Part shown: one piece after another, positions 19,197-30,200 of the stretch | Position numbering within the stretch: position 1 is the stretch's first letter | Layout: each line of letters starts with the position of its first letter | From: a cyanobacterium endosymbiont of Epithemia turgida isolate EtSB Lake Yunoko | GTDB taxonomy: Bacteria; Cyanobacteriota; Cyanobacteriia; Cyanobacteriales; Microcystaceae | DNA: 32,000 bases | Direction: 5' to 3' | Assembly (NCBI RefSeq): GCF_000829235.1 | Contig: NZ_AP012549.1 | Span: forward strand, 2,220,001-2,252,000 | Notes under the pieces: generated by a model | Databases searched by the model: none | Seen by the model: only the letters and a program-made list of their open reading frames with translations | What the model was told of the DNA's origin: nothing | Position numbers and translations under genes: made by a program

Positions 19197-20144
19197 TTAA
19201 TGTGTTTTATTGCACACTTTATCATAAATTTCAGTCCCAAAACTAATTTCGGAGGACTGATAATCTGGGGGTTCTATATGAATCACCACTCGTACTGGAC
19301 TAAAACGTTCTTTTAATCTCTCCTCTACTATCTCTGTAATATAATGGGAGCCTTCCACGTCTGGAGAATTTACCACTAAATGCATTTCAATAAATACTTG
19401 TCTTCCTAAAAGTCCTCGCGAAGCAATATCGTGACAATTAAGTACCCCAGGAACTCCCATCACAACTTTATGTATCGCTTCAGGAGCGATCACCATGACA
19501 TCTACTAGCCAAGGCACATTGCTTCGCAGCACCTGCCAACCACTGATAAACACCAAAAAGGCAACAGGAAAAGCTAGTATAGCATCTAGCCACTGAAGTT
19601 GCGGTAAATTCAATTGTTTTGCTTGCCAAATTCCGATTAATCCTCCTATTACCATAATTGTCACCCAAATATCGCTCATAGTATGATAGGCGTCAGCGAC
19701 TAAAATCGGACTGTTTAACCGTTTGCCTACACGACGTTCATAAAAAGCGACAAAAATATTAACGCCTAAAACAATTAACAAAATCCATATTTGCGCTCCA
19801 GAGACCTTAACTTCTTGACCACCGTAATAGATTCTTTGGATTGTACCTTGAAGAATTTCAAAACAGGCGATACCTAAAAAAGCCACAATTCCCAAGGTAG
19901 CTACTCCTTCATATTTCTGACGTCCGTAAGGATGATGGCGATTGGGTTGAGGAGAAGACAAACTATTAGCAATTAAACCCAAAATATTATTGGCACTATC
20001 TGTAATACTATGAATGGCATCCGCTTGTAAACTTAACGAACCAGTTATAATGCCTACTGTAGCCTTCAACCCCACCACAAACAGATTTAAAAACAGGGTG
20101 ATGAGTAAGACCTGACGAACTTGAGAATGGTTATCTTGTACCAC
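19197..20144 (-). CDS. Cation diffusion facilitator (CDF) family divalent-metal transporter
   Basis: A six-TM architecture with the CDF site-A signature H-x3-D in TM2 (AIHSITD) and TM5 (AYHTMSD), plus a C-terminal cytoplasmic domain (HDIASRG...FIEMHLVV...VVIHIEP). GTG start. Confidence 0.85.
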   Translation of the reverse strand: MVQDNHSQVRQVLLITLFLNLFVVGLKATVGIITGSLSLQADAIHSITDSANNILGLIANSLSSPQPNRHHPYGRQKYEGVATLGIVAFLGIACFEILQGTIQRIYYGGQEVKVSGAQIWILLIVLGVNIFVAFYERRVGKRLNSPILVADAYHTMSDIWVTIMVIGGLIGIWQAKQLNLPQLQWLDAILAFPVAFLVFISGWQVLRSNVPWLVDVMVIAPEAIHKVVMGVPGVLNCHDIASRGLLGRQVFIEMHLVVNSPDVEGSHYITEIVEERLKERFSPVRVVIHIEPPDYQSSEISFGTEIYDKVCNKTH

Positions 20145-20294
20145 GGAGGTTAAATAAAGTCTCCAAGTCTTTGAGTTAGAGGTTTCTTACCTTTGTTCAG
20201 TTTTATTATACTGAGATTTTGCAATTCCTTGAAAACTAGCTAAAGAACGGATACACTACTTCAACGAGCTCGGTAACCAAGTAAGAATTAACAC

Positions 20295-20340
20295 ATCTCC
20301 CTTTCAAATTTCACTGTAATGAGAAATTTGAAAAGGAGAT
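20295..20340. repeat. 18-bp-arm inverted repeat (one mismatch) between murQ and the CDF gene
   Basis: ATCTCCCTTTCAAATTTC (20295-20312), loop ACTGTAATGA, GAAATTTGAAAAGGAGAT (20323-20340). The pairing is 11 bp, one mismatch, then 6 bp. Confidence 0.7.
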
Positions 20341-20699
20341 ACTTAGAGAACTTACTGTTTTTTACTAAGGGTTTTCCCTTCAAAGTTTCATAACATATCG
20401 GATCGATTATATCTGGGCTAACGCCAACGCATTTTAAATTGCTTTTTCTTGACGTTGTTTTGACATTTTAAGAGAAAACAAACAGTCTAATAATCTTTAT
20501 TGTGCTTTATTTTTATTTTGAGTATATTTTTCTGAGTTCTTAACTAATTTTTTGTACTATAATCATTGATTACCACTAGAAATAAAGCTACAATTGAGTC
20601 AATCAAGAAACATAATAACTATTCAAAAATTAAACTCTGTATTTTGCTGATTAGTCCTGAAATACCTATTAATTTTTCTCAACAACCATAAAATTTTGA

Positions 20700-21617
20700 C
20701 TAACTTTGATCGTACACTTGGAGCGCTTCTCTGAGGTTTCCTTGATGGTTATCTAATAACTGTTGTCCTTGTTGAACATCTAGTGCTTTCCAGTGCATTA
20801 ATAATGCTAATTTAACCCTTTTTCCACTACTTTCTAATAAAATTTCTGCTTCTCCGCGACTTAACTCTGTGAGATCTTCTAACATCTTGAGAGCGCGATC
20901 ATGGAGTTTTCGATTAGTCACTGAAACATCCACCATACGATTCCCATAAACCTTCCCGAGACGTACCATCACTCCTGTAGACAGGATATTTAAGGCCATT
21001 TTCGTGACTGTTCCAGCTTTCAGACGAGTAGAACCAGCTAAAATCTCTGGACCTGTGAGCAAGCGAATATCAATATCAACAATTATAGGGACTTGTTCGG
21101 CAGGAACACAAGTTAAGGAAATAGTGGTTGCGCCACACTTTTTAGCAGCTTCTAGCGCACCGTGAACAAAAGGGGTGGTTCCTCCAGCACTAATTCCTAC
21201 AATCACATCTTTATCCACAATCTGGCGTTGGGTAATGGCAGAAGCTCCATCTTCTTTACGATCTTCGAGATTCTCTGAACTTCTCACCAATGCAGCAACT
21301 CCTCCGGCAACAATACCCTGTACTAAGTCAGGATGGGTACAGAATGTGGGGGGACATTCAGCCGCGTCCAAGACTCCTAAGCGTCCACTAGTCCCTGCTC
21401 CAACGTAGAATAATCGTCCTCCTCGACCTAAAGCTTTTGCACTTACTTCAATGGCTTGAGCTAATTCCAGTCTTGCTTGGGCAATGGCTTTGAGAGTTTT
21501 AGCATCCTCTCGATTAAACAGATCGACCAACTCTACAGGACTTAACTGGTCTAAATTACGACTAGAGGGGTTAATCTGTTCGGTTAATAGATGGTCTCGT
21601 TTTTCTAAATAATCCAT
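20700..21617 (-). CDS. murQ: N-acetylmuramic acid 6-phosphate etherase
   Basis: SIS-domain protein with LTEQINP..S..LD, GRLFYVGAGTSGRLGVLDAAECPPTF, GISAGGTTPFV, and STRLKAGT..K..LN..ST. These are the characteristic MurQ blocks. Confidence 0.9.
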   Translation of the reverse strand: MDYLEKRDHLLTEQINPSSRNLDQLSPVELVDLFNREDAKTLKAIAQARLELAQAIEVSAKALGRGGRLFYVGAGTSGRLGVLDAAECPPTFCTHPDLVQGIVAGGVAALVRSSENLEDRKEDGASAITQRQIVDKDVIVGISAGGTTPFVHGALEAAKKCGATTISLTCVPAEQVPIIVDIDIRLLTGPEILAGSTRLKAGTVTKMALNILSTGVMVRLGKVYGNRMVDVSVTNRKLHDRALKMLEDLTELSRGEAEILLESSGKRVKLALLMHWKALDVQQGQQLLDNHQGNLREALQVYDQS

Positions 21618-21624
21618 AGATTTG

Positions 21625-22011
21625 TTATATTAACCCCTCTAGTTGGCGACGAATGCGGTCCAGTTCGTCAGAAGACATATCATAAGTCGTTTCTGGCAGA
21701 TCGTTTTTTTTTGGAATTTTTTCATTTTTCCAATCACTGTTTACATTTGTTTCCGGAGGAATGGCTAACATTCCTGCTTTAATTAATTCATAATCATAAT
21801 CTGCTTTTCGACAGAACTCTTCTACTTCTTCTGAGTCCAAAGATTCGATGGATGGGGAGGGGAAATCTTGAGCTTCGAGTAACAAGGCGTAGCGGGTAGC
21901 ATCGTCTTCAAACTCAAACATCAAAACTTTGGTACGATCATCCCTTTGAACAGTGTGAATTCCTTCGTTTTCGGTACGAGCACTGTACAGTAGAACATAC
22001 ACTTTAGCCAT
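21625..22011 (-). CDS. Small acidic conserved protein, DUF3110-like (cyanobacteria/plastid lineage)
   Basis: The product begins MAKVYVLLYSARTENEGIHTVQRDDRTKVLMFEFEDDATRYALLLEAQDFPSP..., which is the pattern I associate with DUF3110. I place the start at ATG 22011, preceded by GAAGGAGGAG. The track's 22032 start is a TTG. The family assignment is from memory only. Confidence 0.65.
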   Translation of the reverse strand: MAKVYVLLYSARTENEGIHTVQRDDRTKVLMFEFEDDATRYALLLEAQDFPSPSIESLDSEEVEEFCRKADYDYELIKAGMLAIPPETNVNSDWKNEKIPKKNDLPETTYDMSSDELDRIRRQLEGLI

Positions 22012-22493
22012 ACATACTCCTCCTTCTTTCAATACATTGATGACAGGTTCAAGCCTGATTTTACAACAACTTAGTTCCTGTTGCCGACTTAATGTTAATT
22101 TATAGATTTAAACTGGGTTTATCCCATTAAATACTTTAGCTCTCAGTCTTTAGACATTTAAGACTTTATTTATTTTTTTACTAAATTATAAGTTAATCTA
22201 GTTTTCAAGACTTTTTATGTAATTATTATTAAGTTAATTATTCTCACTATTAACTTAAAGAAGTTAGCCTGTAAATTGATATTTATATCTAAATAGTGCT
22301 TTTAAAAAATTAAATAATAAACTTTTTAAAAAGTCTATAAATCTATTACTTTTGAGAATATTTTATTTAACTTTACTTGCTTGATAGATTTTTATTTATT
22401 TTTTTATCTACTATTTTTAGCTTTTAATTGAATAAATTTATTCTTAAAAAGTTAAGTTAAAATTTCATGTTGGTGAATTGTATTATAAATTTT

Positions 22494-22544
22494 AAAAATA
22501 ATAAGTACCCTATAAGTAATCTTTATAGGGTACTTATTATTTTT
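22494..22544. terminator. Perfect 22-bp hairpin with an A-tract at the outer 5' end and a T-tract at the outer 3' end (bidirectional intrinsic-terminator shape), orphaned in a spacer
   Basis: AAAAATAATAAGTACCCTATAA (22494-22515), loop GTAATCT, TTATAGGGTACTTATTATTTTT (22523-22544). The arms are exact reverse complements. The nearest intact gene end is about 2 kb away (mutS stop at 24612). Confidence 0.6.
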
Positions 22545-23717
22545 ATGCTAAATATCGTCGCGCTTTAACCATCAATACTGGAGATGATCTCATCTTCACC
22601 CTTGAAAAAAAACTATCAATATTGTAATTAAGGCTGAAGATTTAACTTCACACTCAAAAAATAGTGATATTTTTAGCTAAAGATCAGAATTTAACTACCG
22701 AATTAATCACATAATGTAATCAAAAGTTAAAAATTAATAGTTATATTTTTGATACTTATACTGTCTTTCCATTATTTAATTAAAACCCAGTAAGTAATTT
22801 ATTAGTCTTTCGTTAAGTAGTTATTAAACTTAAAGAAAAAAATTGCTAGGTTATAAAATTAATTGAGTTTTATTCTCTAAGTATTAAGGTGATTCCCTTT
22901 CATGATAAATTAGTTTTATATTCTACTCTCTTACTTTTTACTTAGGTTTATATCAAGGTAACAGTATTTATTTTAAATTAGTTTAACAATTACAGTATAC
23001 CGTTTTTACAACTAATAGATTTCAAAAAAAATATAAATATTTAGATTTAGATTAAACTTATTTTTAAGCTATAAAACCTTTAAAATATATTTCAATATTT
23101 TAATTAAATTTAATTTTCTATAGGATGCTTTCTATCTATAATAATGTTTAACTTGTGATTCACAATCTCTTTTTAACTTTCATTTTTTCAGCAACTTTGC
23201 ACATCCTGGCTTTTACCGAGAGGACTCTAAATAATACGACATTTAATATATTTTTTCTCCAGGTTTTCACATTTACCATCATCTTTTAAGATTTTCTCTC
23301 ATCATTACATTAAAAACTAATTATGTTACACAATTAGCCGATAAACAAGCTAATACTTAGGACAAAAAATAACTGTCGTTGTACCCTTTTAGTGCGTAGT
23401 CTGCAGTCCCTAAAAATTATCTGAACCATGATTATAAGTCAAAATAATAAATTAATGTTCAACCACTCGATAAGCAATACCTACTACAAATTTATTTTGA
23501 TTGATATAGTTAACGTAATATTTTAGTTCTACCAAATCTGTTATATAAATATTTAAAACATAGTGATAAAGTTTAATCGTCAGTACTAGTTTTATCAAAA
23601 GCTCTAGTTGATTGATAAATACTACTAGGGCAGGTTTTATTTTTTAATTAAATTAAATTAGGTTAACATTATAATTGAGCTTATATCCACAGTATAAAAT
23701 ACTTGACTCAGTCAAAT

Positions 23718-23749
23718 AAATTAAATTAAATTAAATTAAATTATAAATT
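23718..23749. repeat. Pentanucleotide microsatellite (AAATT)5 plus one displaced copy
   Basis: Five perfect tandem AAATT units at 23718-23742, then AT, then a further AAATT at 23745-23749. Confidence 0.85.
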
Positions 23750-24611
23750 TACTTTGTTTAAAAAATACAGAACAGCAACTTATATTTATTTTTATTCAAC
23801 CACCAGGAAACTCCATCAAAATAATAAATTAACTATTAGCAATTTATTTTGAATAGAAAACTATATCTATTACAATATTCTTCATCTTTAAAGAATCTAT
23901 AATTAATTTTAATTAAGTAGACTGACTAAAAAATATAAACAATAATCAAAAAATTTAGATAATCAATTATAGATAAAAATCTTAGATCTTAAAAGAATTG
24001 GTAATTGATAAAGGTGTAATTAAAAGAAAAGGAAGTTATTATGTGGTGTAAGTGGGTTTAGATAAAAGGAATTAGCGTAGAAACTATAGAAACAAGAATA
24101 TCTGAAAAAATCATCGAATAGTTATAAACTTGACAAAAAAGTTTTGAACAAAATTGAATAGATCAATCTAGATATTATAAAAGGTTAGAAAAATAATATT
24201 AATTAATACTTAAAGCTGAAGTAGTACCAGATAGATTTCGATTTAAAATTAATTATATTTAAGTAAAAAACAAAAGTAAATTTAAATAAAATATATAAAA
24301 TGTCACTAATTGCAATCAAAATTTAGAACAATTTTTTAAAAAATTCAAATTAAGCATTGAGTATTACTAAAATTGTTTGATTTGTACAAAACTACTATTT
24401 ATTGTACCGAAAAATATGTGGACAATAAGTCCTGACAATTAGAAAAGTGATTGCCTATTTTTACTTTAAAACGGTGAAAAGTGTCAACAGTAAATTAAGT
24501 TTTATTAAAAAGAGAACTTATATAATTAAGAATTAACAAGATTCTTGACTCCAAAATTTTAAAAATTGGTATTTCATTAGCTAATTTTAGTTAAGACAAT
24601 AACTATATGGT

Positions 24612-27239
24612 TTAATCACTTGAGCTTGATTCTTCTATTTTTGTCGAAAGAACACATTTTGGGGTTTCTTTACCTATTTCTAGAGTAATTCTACTATTTT
24701 TTTCAATCTGATTCATAACTTGTTTAGCCCGTTCAATAACCAAGTTAGGTAATCCAGCTAATCTTCCTACTTCTATCCCATAAGATTTATCTGCACCACC
24801 TGGACGAACCTGATGTAAAAAAAGAATTTCTTGCGGTAATTCTTGTACTGTAACTTGATAATTAGCAACATTAGAAAGAATAGATGCTAATTCATTCAAT
24901 TCATGGTAATGAGTCGCAAAAACTGTTCTTCCTTTAACTTCTGTTGCCAAATATTCTGCGACCGCCCAAGCAATAGATAGTCCATCAAAAGTAGCGGTTC
25001 CTCGCCCAATTTCATCTAATAAAATTAAAGATTTAGCAGTTCCGTGATTTAAGATATTAGCGGTTTCATTCATCTCAACCATAAAGGTTGATTGTCCTGT
25101 AGCCAAATCATCCACTGCCCCTACACGAGTAAAAATACGATCACTAATTCCTAATTTTGCAGTTGTAGCCGGAACAAAGCTTCCAGTTTGTGCCATCAGT
25201 TGGATCAGTCCTACTTGCCTTAAATAACAGCTTTTTCCACTGGCATTAGGACCAGTTAAAACAATTAAATCAGGAGCATCATTGTCTTGATTGTTGCCTA
25301 TCAAGGTTGAATTGGGAACAAATACACCTGCTGGTAAAGATTGTTCAACAACCGGATGTCTTCCATCGATTATTTCTATTACCCTTCCTTTAATAACTTC
25401 AGGACAAGAATATCCTTGACAAACTGCTACTTCTGCTAACCCTGATAAGACATCAATAGCTGCTACTGCTTTAGCAGCATTGCGAATTTCTTGAGTTTTT
25501 TTAGCTACTTTTAAACGTAATTCTGTAAAAACTTTATATTCTAATTTATTGAGCTCATCTTGTGCTGTCAAAATACGAGTCTCCCGTTCTTTTAATTCAG
25601 GAGTGATGTACCTTTCTTCATTAGTTAACGTTTGTTTACGAATGTAATTATCTGGAACCAATTCTGCTTTACTACGAGGAAGACTAATATAATAACCAAA
25701 ATTCTTACTGTAGCCAACTTTTAGGTTAGATACTCTGATTTTTTTTCTTTCTGTAACTTCCAAATTAGCTAACCATTGACGATCATCTTCAAGACGATGA
25801 CGGATGGCATCTAAGTCTCTGTTAATGCCATCTTGAATTATGCCTCCATCTTTTAAATGAAGGGGAGGAGATTCAACTAAGTGGTCAATAACATATCTAC
25901 CCAATTTTTCTAATTCAGGGGGAATTTTTTGTAAATTTTTTAAATAAGGAGAAGTTCTTTTAGCAGCTAATTCCACCAACTTGGTTAACCGGACTAAAGA
26001 CTCAGCTAATGATAATAAATCCCGTGCATTCGCCGTTTCTGAACCTACTCTACCTGTAATCCTTTCTAAATCATAAATACTGCGTAATAACTGACGTAAG
26101 TCTTGGCGTAATGAAGGAGTTTCTACTAACTCTTTAACTGTATCTTGCCTGTCATTAATTTGTTTTATATTTAGCAAAGGCTCGATTAACCAACGACGTA
26201 ACGCTCGGCCTCCCATAGCAGTACAAGTACGATCCAAAGCCCATAGTAAAGAACCATGAAAAGTTCCATCTCTTACAGTTTGGGTTATTTCAAGATTACG
26301 ACGAGTTTGATGGTCTAAGATAAGGAAGTCAACCTGATTGTAAGTTCGTAAGGGTTGCAGGGGAATTTGATGGACTTTCTGGGTATCTTCGATGTATTCT
26401 AATAGTCCCCCCGCAGCTTGAATTGCTAAGGGTAAATGTTCACATCCCATTCCTTCGAGGGAACGAATACCAAAGGTAATTAAAAGCTTAGGTTTAGCTT
26501 GATCTAAAATAAAAGAGGTTTGTGCTCGTAAAGAATAACAAAAACAGTTTGGCAACCCATCAATTAGATATTCCGATTGTTCTCCAGGACGCAATAAACT
26601 ATTAACATTAGGGGCATTGCTAGGAACTAAAATTTCCGAGGGTTGTAAACGTAATAATTCCAAATTTAAATTAGCTAATTCTTGTCCTTGAGTAGTAAAA
26701 AACTCCCCGGTTGAAATATCAGCATAGGAAAGTCCCCAATGTTTCTTTTCTACTACAATGGCAGCCAAAAAATTGTTCTGTTTAGCTTGGAGCATCCCAT
26801 CATCTGTCAAGGTTCCGGGAGTGAGTAATTTGGTAATTTTTCTTTCTACCATACGCCCTTGAGCAGCTGCTTGAAAAGAGTCTTCTACTTGGTCACAAAT
26901 AGCCAAAGCATACCCTTTTTCTATTGATAAGCGACTATATCTTTCTAGGGAAAAGTGAGGAATTCCTGTCATGGCTACTCGACCAATTTCTTTTCCTCCA
27001 TCTTTACTAGTTAATGCTAATTCTAATTCCTGGGAAACTATTACGGCATCCTGAAAAAAAAATTCAAAAAAATCTCCTACCCGATACGCCAACAAAGCAT
27101 TAGGATATTGACATTTAACCTTCACGTAATGTTGATACATGGGAGTTAACTTTTGAAAGTCAAGATGAAGATAACTAGTATGAGGAGATTTACTTGTCCC
27201 AAGTTTTGACTGAGAATTAGGATCAGGAGAAATAATCAT
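24612..27239 (-). CDS. mutS: DNA mismatch repair protein MutS
   Basis: An 875-aa ORF with the N-terminal mismatch-binding block (TPMYQHY...[14 protein letters not shown]), the Walker A motif [28 protein letters not shown] and TFATHYHEL. Confidence 0.95.
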   Translation of the reverse strand: MIISPDPNSQSKLGTSKSPHTSYLHLDFQKLTPMYQHYVKVKCQYPNALLAYRVGDFFEFFFQDAVIVSQELELALTSKDGGKEIGRVAMTGIPHFSLERYSRLSIEKGYALAICDQVEDSFQAAAQGRMVERKITKLLTPGTLTDDGMLQAKQNNFLAAIVVEKKHWGLSYADISTGEFFTTQGQELANLNLELLRLQPSEILVPSNAPNVNSLLRPGEQSEYLIDGLPNCFCYSLRAQTSFILDQAKPKLLITFGIRSLEGMGCEHLPLAIQAAGGLLEYIEDTQKVHQIPLQPLRTYNQVDFLILDHQTRRNLEITQTVRDGTFHGSLLWALDRTCTAMGGRALRRWLIEPLLNIKQINDRQDTVKELVETPSLRQDLRQLLRSIYDLERITGRVGSETANARDLLSLAESLVRLTKLVELAAKRTSPYLKNLQKIPPELEKLGRYVIDHLVESPPLHLKDGGIIQDGINRDLDAIRHRLEDDRQWLANLEVTERKKIRVSNLKVGYSKNFGYYISLPRSKAELVPDNYIRKQTLTNEERYITPELKERETRILTAQDELNKLEYKVFTELRLKVAKKTQEIRNAAKAVAAIDVLSGLAEVAVCQGYSCPEVIKGRVIEIIDGRHPVVEQSLPAGVFVPNSTLIGNNQDNDAPDLIVLTGPNASGKSCYLRQVGLIQLMAQTGSFVPATTAKLGISDRIFTRVGAVDDLATGQSTFMVEMNETANILNHGTAKSLILLDEIGRGTATFDGLSIAWAVAEYLATEVKGRTVFATHYHELNELASILSNVANYQVTVQELPQEILFLHQVRPGGADKSYGIEVGRLAGLPNLVIERAKQVMNQIEKNSRITLEIGKETPKCVLSTKIEESSSSD

Positions 27240-27353
27240 AATTTAAATGGTAATTCATCTAGTTCAGAGTTAATGTTTTGGAGTTTATTTCAGAGTAAAA
27301 TTCTGTGATTCCTTTTATATTCTTATTAAGTGGTATCAGCCATAAATCCCTTA

Positions 27354-28103
27354 CTATGAGGAAATTTTTTCACACTCCTCGTGTTCCTTAAGTTCTAAGT
27401 CTTCTATTGTGACTTTGTGAGGTTCTATTGTTTCAGAAGATCGTTGAGAAAATCCCCATAAAAATAACATTGCTATAGTACTGATCATTAACCATTGAGG
27501 AGGTACAAAGTCAGTATTAATTACCCGCATTAAAAGTCTAACTCCAACTAACCCCACAGTCACAAAACCTGCGTCTTCAAGATGATTATATTCCTCTAAC
27601 CAATGGATAAACAATTCGGCTAAAAACCTTAGGGTAATAACCCCGACTGTTCCCCCTAAAAGAATTAACCAAAGATCATCAGCAATAGCGATTGCAGTGG
27701 TGACACTATCAAGAGAAAATGCTAAATCTGTGATTGCAATTGAAGGAATCACTTGCCATAACGATTGAGATTGTAAACTGTGATGATGTTCTTCTTCTTT
27801 TTGAGAAGTAAAATAATTGAACACTAACCACAGCAAATATAATGCTCCTAATAACTCAAATTGCCAGAAATTTATCACCCAAGTCGCTGTTAAAATTAGA
27901 GCCATTCGTAGAATATAAGCAAAAACTAAGCCTAAATTTAAGGCATCTTTTTGTGATTTTCTATTTGGTAATCCTTGGGCAATGGCAGCCAAAGCAATGG
28001 CATTGTCGGCAGATAAAACAACCTCTAAAATAACAAGAATTAAAAATATCAGGATGGTCTTGAGACTAAATATAAGGGAAGAATCGACGATCTGGTCTAG
28101 CAT
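27354..28103 (-). CDS. TerC-family integral membrane protein
   Basis: A 249-aa polytopic membrane protein with the TerC signature E..LS.DNA.....IA (EVVLSADNAIALAAIA) and a second half-repeat (FSLDSVTTAIAIA). ATG start at 28103. Confidence 0.8.
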   Translation of the reverse strand: MLDQIVDSSLIFSLKTILIFLILVILEVVLSADNAIALAAIAQGLPNRKSQKDALNLGLVFAYILRMALILTATWVINFWQFELLGALYLLWLVFNYFTSQKEEEHHHSLQSQSLWQVIPSIAITDLAFSLDSVTTAIAIADDLWLILLGGTVGVITLRFLAELFIHWLEEYNHLEDAGFVTVGLVGVRLLMRVINTDFVPPQWLMISTIAMLFLWGFSQRSSETIEPHKVTIEDLELKEHEECEKISS

Positions 28104-29112
28104 TAAAAAATAGTTACTAAATTGAGATTATTCAATGAGGGCATGAGCACGAAATCGAGCTGAAATCAAATCGATATTAATTTGATTCTTGTTTAATCAT
28201 AAATGATCTTCTCTCGGAAAAGTAAAGGGGGAAACTGAAGAGGCAAACTAAAGAGAGAAAGTGTAACAGATACAGTAGGGATCTAAGCCTAAAATAGGTT
28301 GAGAAAATATGTCATAATAGTCCGGAAAATTTTGATGGATTAGCAGTTTTGCTCAGTTTGTAGTACCAGCCACTTTAGAAGTGGCTATTATCTAAGCGAC
28401 GAGATCAGCTGTCAAAAACTAAATCAAAAGTATTTCAGTTTAATTAGCTATACTTAAAATTACTTTTTAATCCTAATCTTTAAATCTAGCATGTACCTCT
28501 ATATTTAAAAATATGTCAGGTCTGAAAGTAATTTTTTTTGATACAAGGGCTGTGACTTTAGCTCGTCGAGATTGAAGAGAAACCTCCTTTCTGGTAACTG
28601 ATTTTGGAAGTTGGGTTAAATCATTAAAAACTCAAATTTTTGATCATAGAGCAAAGCTTTTTGATTTTTTCTCCCTGACTGCTGGAAGTGAAGATAGTGG
28701 AAAAATTATGTAACTTAGCAGATGATCGCTTTGTGGTGTTATTAATTTCCCAATTATCACAGATATTCTCATTGTAGGTATTGGCTATGTCACCTGTAAA
28801 ATACAGAAATAGTTTTCAAAAAGACTAGTGCGTGCTATTTCAGCGCATTAAATGGGACTGTTATCGTCTGCTCCTTGGAATATGTAACCCAAACAAAAAT
28901 CTGACTGTGAATATAAATGATTAAGAACCCCCAAAAACTATGAGGGAAACCTTAGAATTAATCTCTTCTAAAACCGTGCCCGAAAATGAAACCAACAATA
29001 ACAGCTTTTGACCTGATAAATTAGAAGTATTTACGAGTTTACAGTATTTTCTGCAAACTATAGATCAATGCATTGGGAATTAGAAAGAAGAATTAAGAGG
29101 TACTTAAAATTG

Positions 29113-29742
29113 ATGAATTCTAATCAGACCGTTTGGATTGTTAGGCATAGTAATCGTCTAGATTTTGTCAACCAAGAGTGGTTTAATACGGCTGAACATA
29201 CTTAGGATCTTCCCCTCTCTGATGACGGGATTATGCAAGCTCAACAATTAGTAAAGCGGCTAAAATCAGAGAATATCGTTCATATTCTTGCCTCACCTTT
29301 TTCAAGAACTATTCAAACTGCCCATTAGGTAGCGGAAATTCTTGATATTGAGATTAAACTAGAAGCAAGACTTGCTAAATGGCACAATCCGGAATGGATG
29401 AGTGAACATCCAACAAGACACCACCCCGACTATTTAAATAAAGAATATTCTCGGGTTAATTGGCATTACTTCTCAAAATTGGTCCCCAATATCTCAAAAC
29501 TGAAACTAAAGTAATGCAAGGAACAGAAGAAGTTATTAAAAAATTAGTAACTAATTTTTTAATAACTAATTAGTCGTACATTGGGTATCGGTGTTAAAAA
29601 CAACTTGTGGTTAGTAGAGGAAACCCCTAAAATCAAACCTACTTTATGTTGTTTAGTTGAAGTTCTTCATGAAGACAAGCGCTGGACATTGAAATTAAAT
29701 GGGGACACTTATTGTCTGAATAAAACAGAGAATGATTTTTAA
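29113..29742 (+). pseudogene. Histidine phosphatase (phosphoglycerate-mutase-like) family pseudogene
   Basis: From ATG 29113 the translation is MNSNQTVWIVRHSNRLDFVNQEWFNTAEHT*DLPLSDDGIMQAQQLVKRLKSENIVHILASPFSRTIQTAH*VAEIL... It carries the RH(G->S)N catalytic motif and the ASPF.RT.QTA block. In-frame TAG stops occur at 29203 and at about 29326. Later blocks (TETKVMQGTEEVIKKLV, LVVHWVSVL, TPKIKPTLCCLVEV...WTLKLNGDTYCL) are spread over three frames. Confidence 0.8.
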
Positions 29743-30200
29743 AAAATAAAAAATAGTGTCACTACACTTTTTTATGCCCGACCAAAATACACAAAATAAA
29801 TTAAAATATTAGTAACGTATTTACCAAAATCAATAACTATTGTAGAGAAAGTGCTACAGTCAGTTCTGTATTTTAAATAAACTAGAAACACTATGACAAT
29901 TAAATTTACTATTAATCATGAAGTAGTTATTAGAATGATGCTAAGACACTGTTTTGATGAATATCCTACAAAAAAATAGCTTATAAATTAAGGAAATACA
30001 TAATTTAGTGCTATTAGCTGTGCGAAGCCTTCGTTTTCCCAAGTATTGTGTTTTTGGTAGTCTTCGATACTTTTCCGTAAAAAAGGAACAAAATCCAAGA
30101 TAAATTTTTCTTATCTATTAGATTTATTTTTCAAGTTTTAATTAATTTAAATTAACCTATATAATGTATTTTTAATCAATTCTACACCATTTTAGCTGGC

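Noticed and set aside
11348-22032. The longer N-terminal extensions given by the ORF track for der (12730), prk (16691) and the DUF3110-like gene (22032).
   Set aside because: All three extensions begin at TTG and add non-conserved residues. Internal ATGs at 12706, 16673 and 22011 give canonical N-termini. The latter two are preceded by good purine-rich ribosome-binding sites.
23670-23690. A replication origin hidden in the AT-rich spacers. ATATCCACA at about 23680 matches the TTATCCACA DnaA box at 8 of 9 positions.
   Set aside because: I noticed only this single near-match. There is no cluster of boxes and no dnaA or dnaN nearby. AT-richness is explained by decay.
28104-28340. A yybP-ykoY (Mn2+) riboswitch in the leader of the TerC-family gene, as is common for TerC/Alx/YkoY genes.
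   Set aside because: On the TerC sense (minus) strand the leader is pyrimidine-rich and lacks the GGGGAGUAG and UUGACAUA-type conserved blocks. The purine-rich AAAGGGGGAAACTGAAGAGG stretch is on the opposite strand and I could find no closing helix. A covariance-model scan would settle it.
28513-28851. A possible HAD-superfamily hydrolase remnant: MSGLKVIFFDTRAVTL... and ...ILIVGIGYVTCKIQK*FSKRLVRAISAH.
   Set aside because: The resemblance to HAD motif I (DxDxT) and motif IV (VGDxxxD) is weak. The key Asp residues are not present, the spacing is far too short, and there are five in-frame stops in 112 codons. It is not supportable without a profile search.
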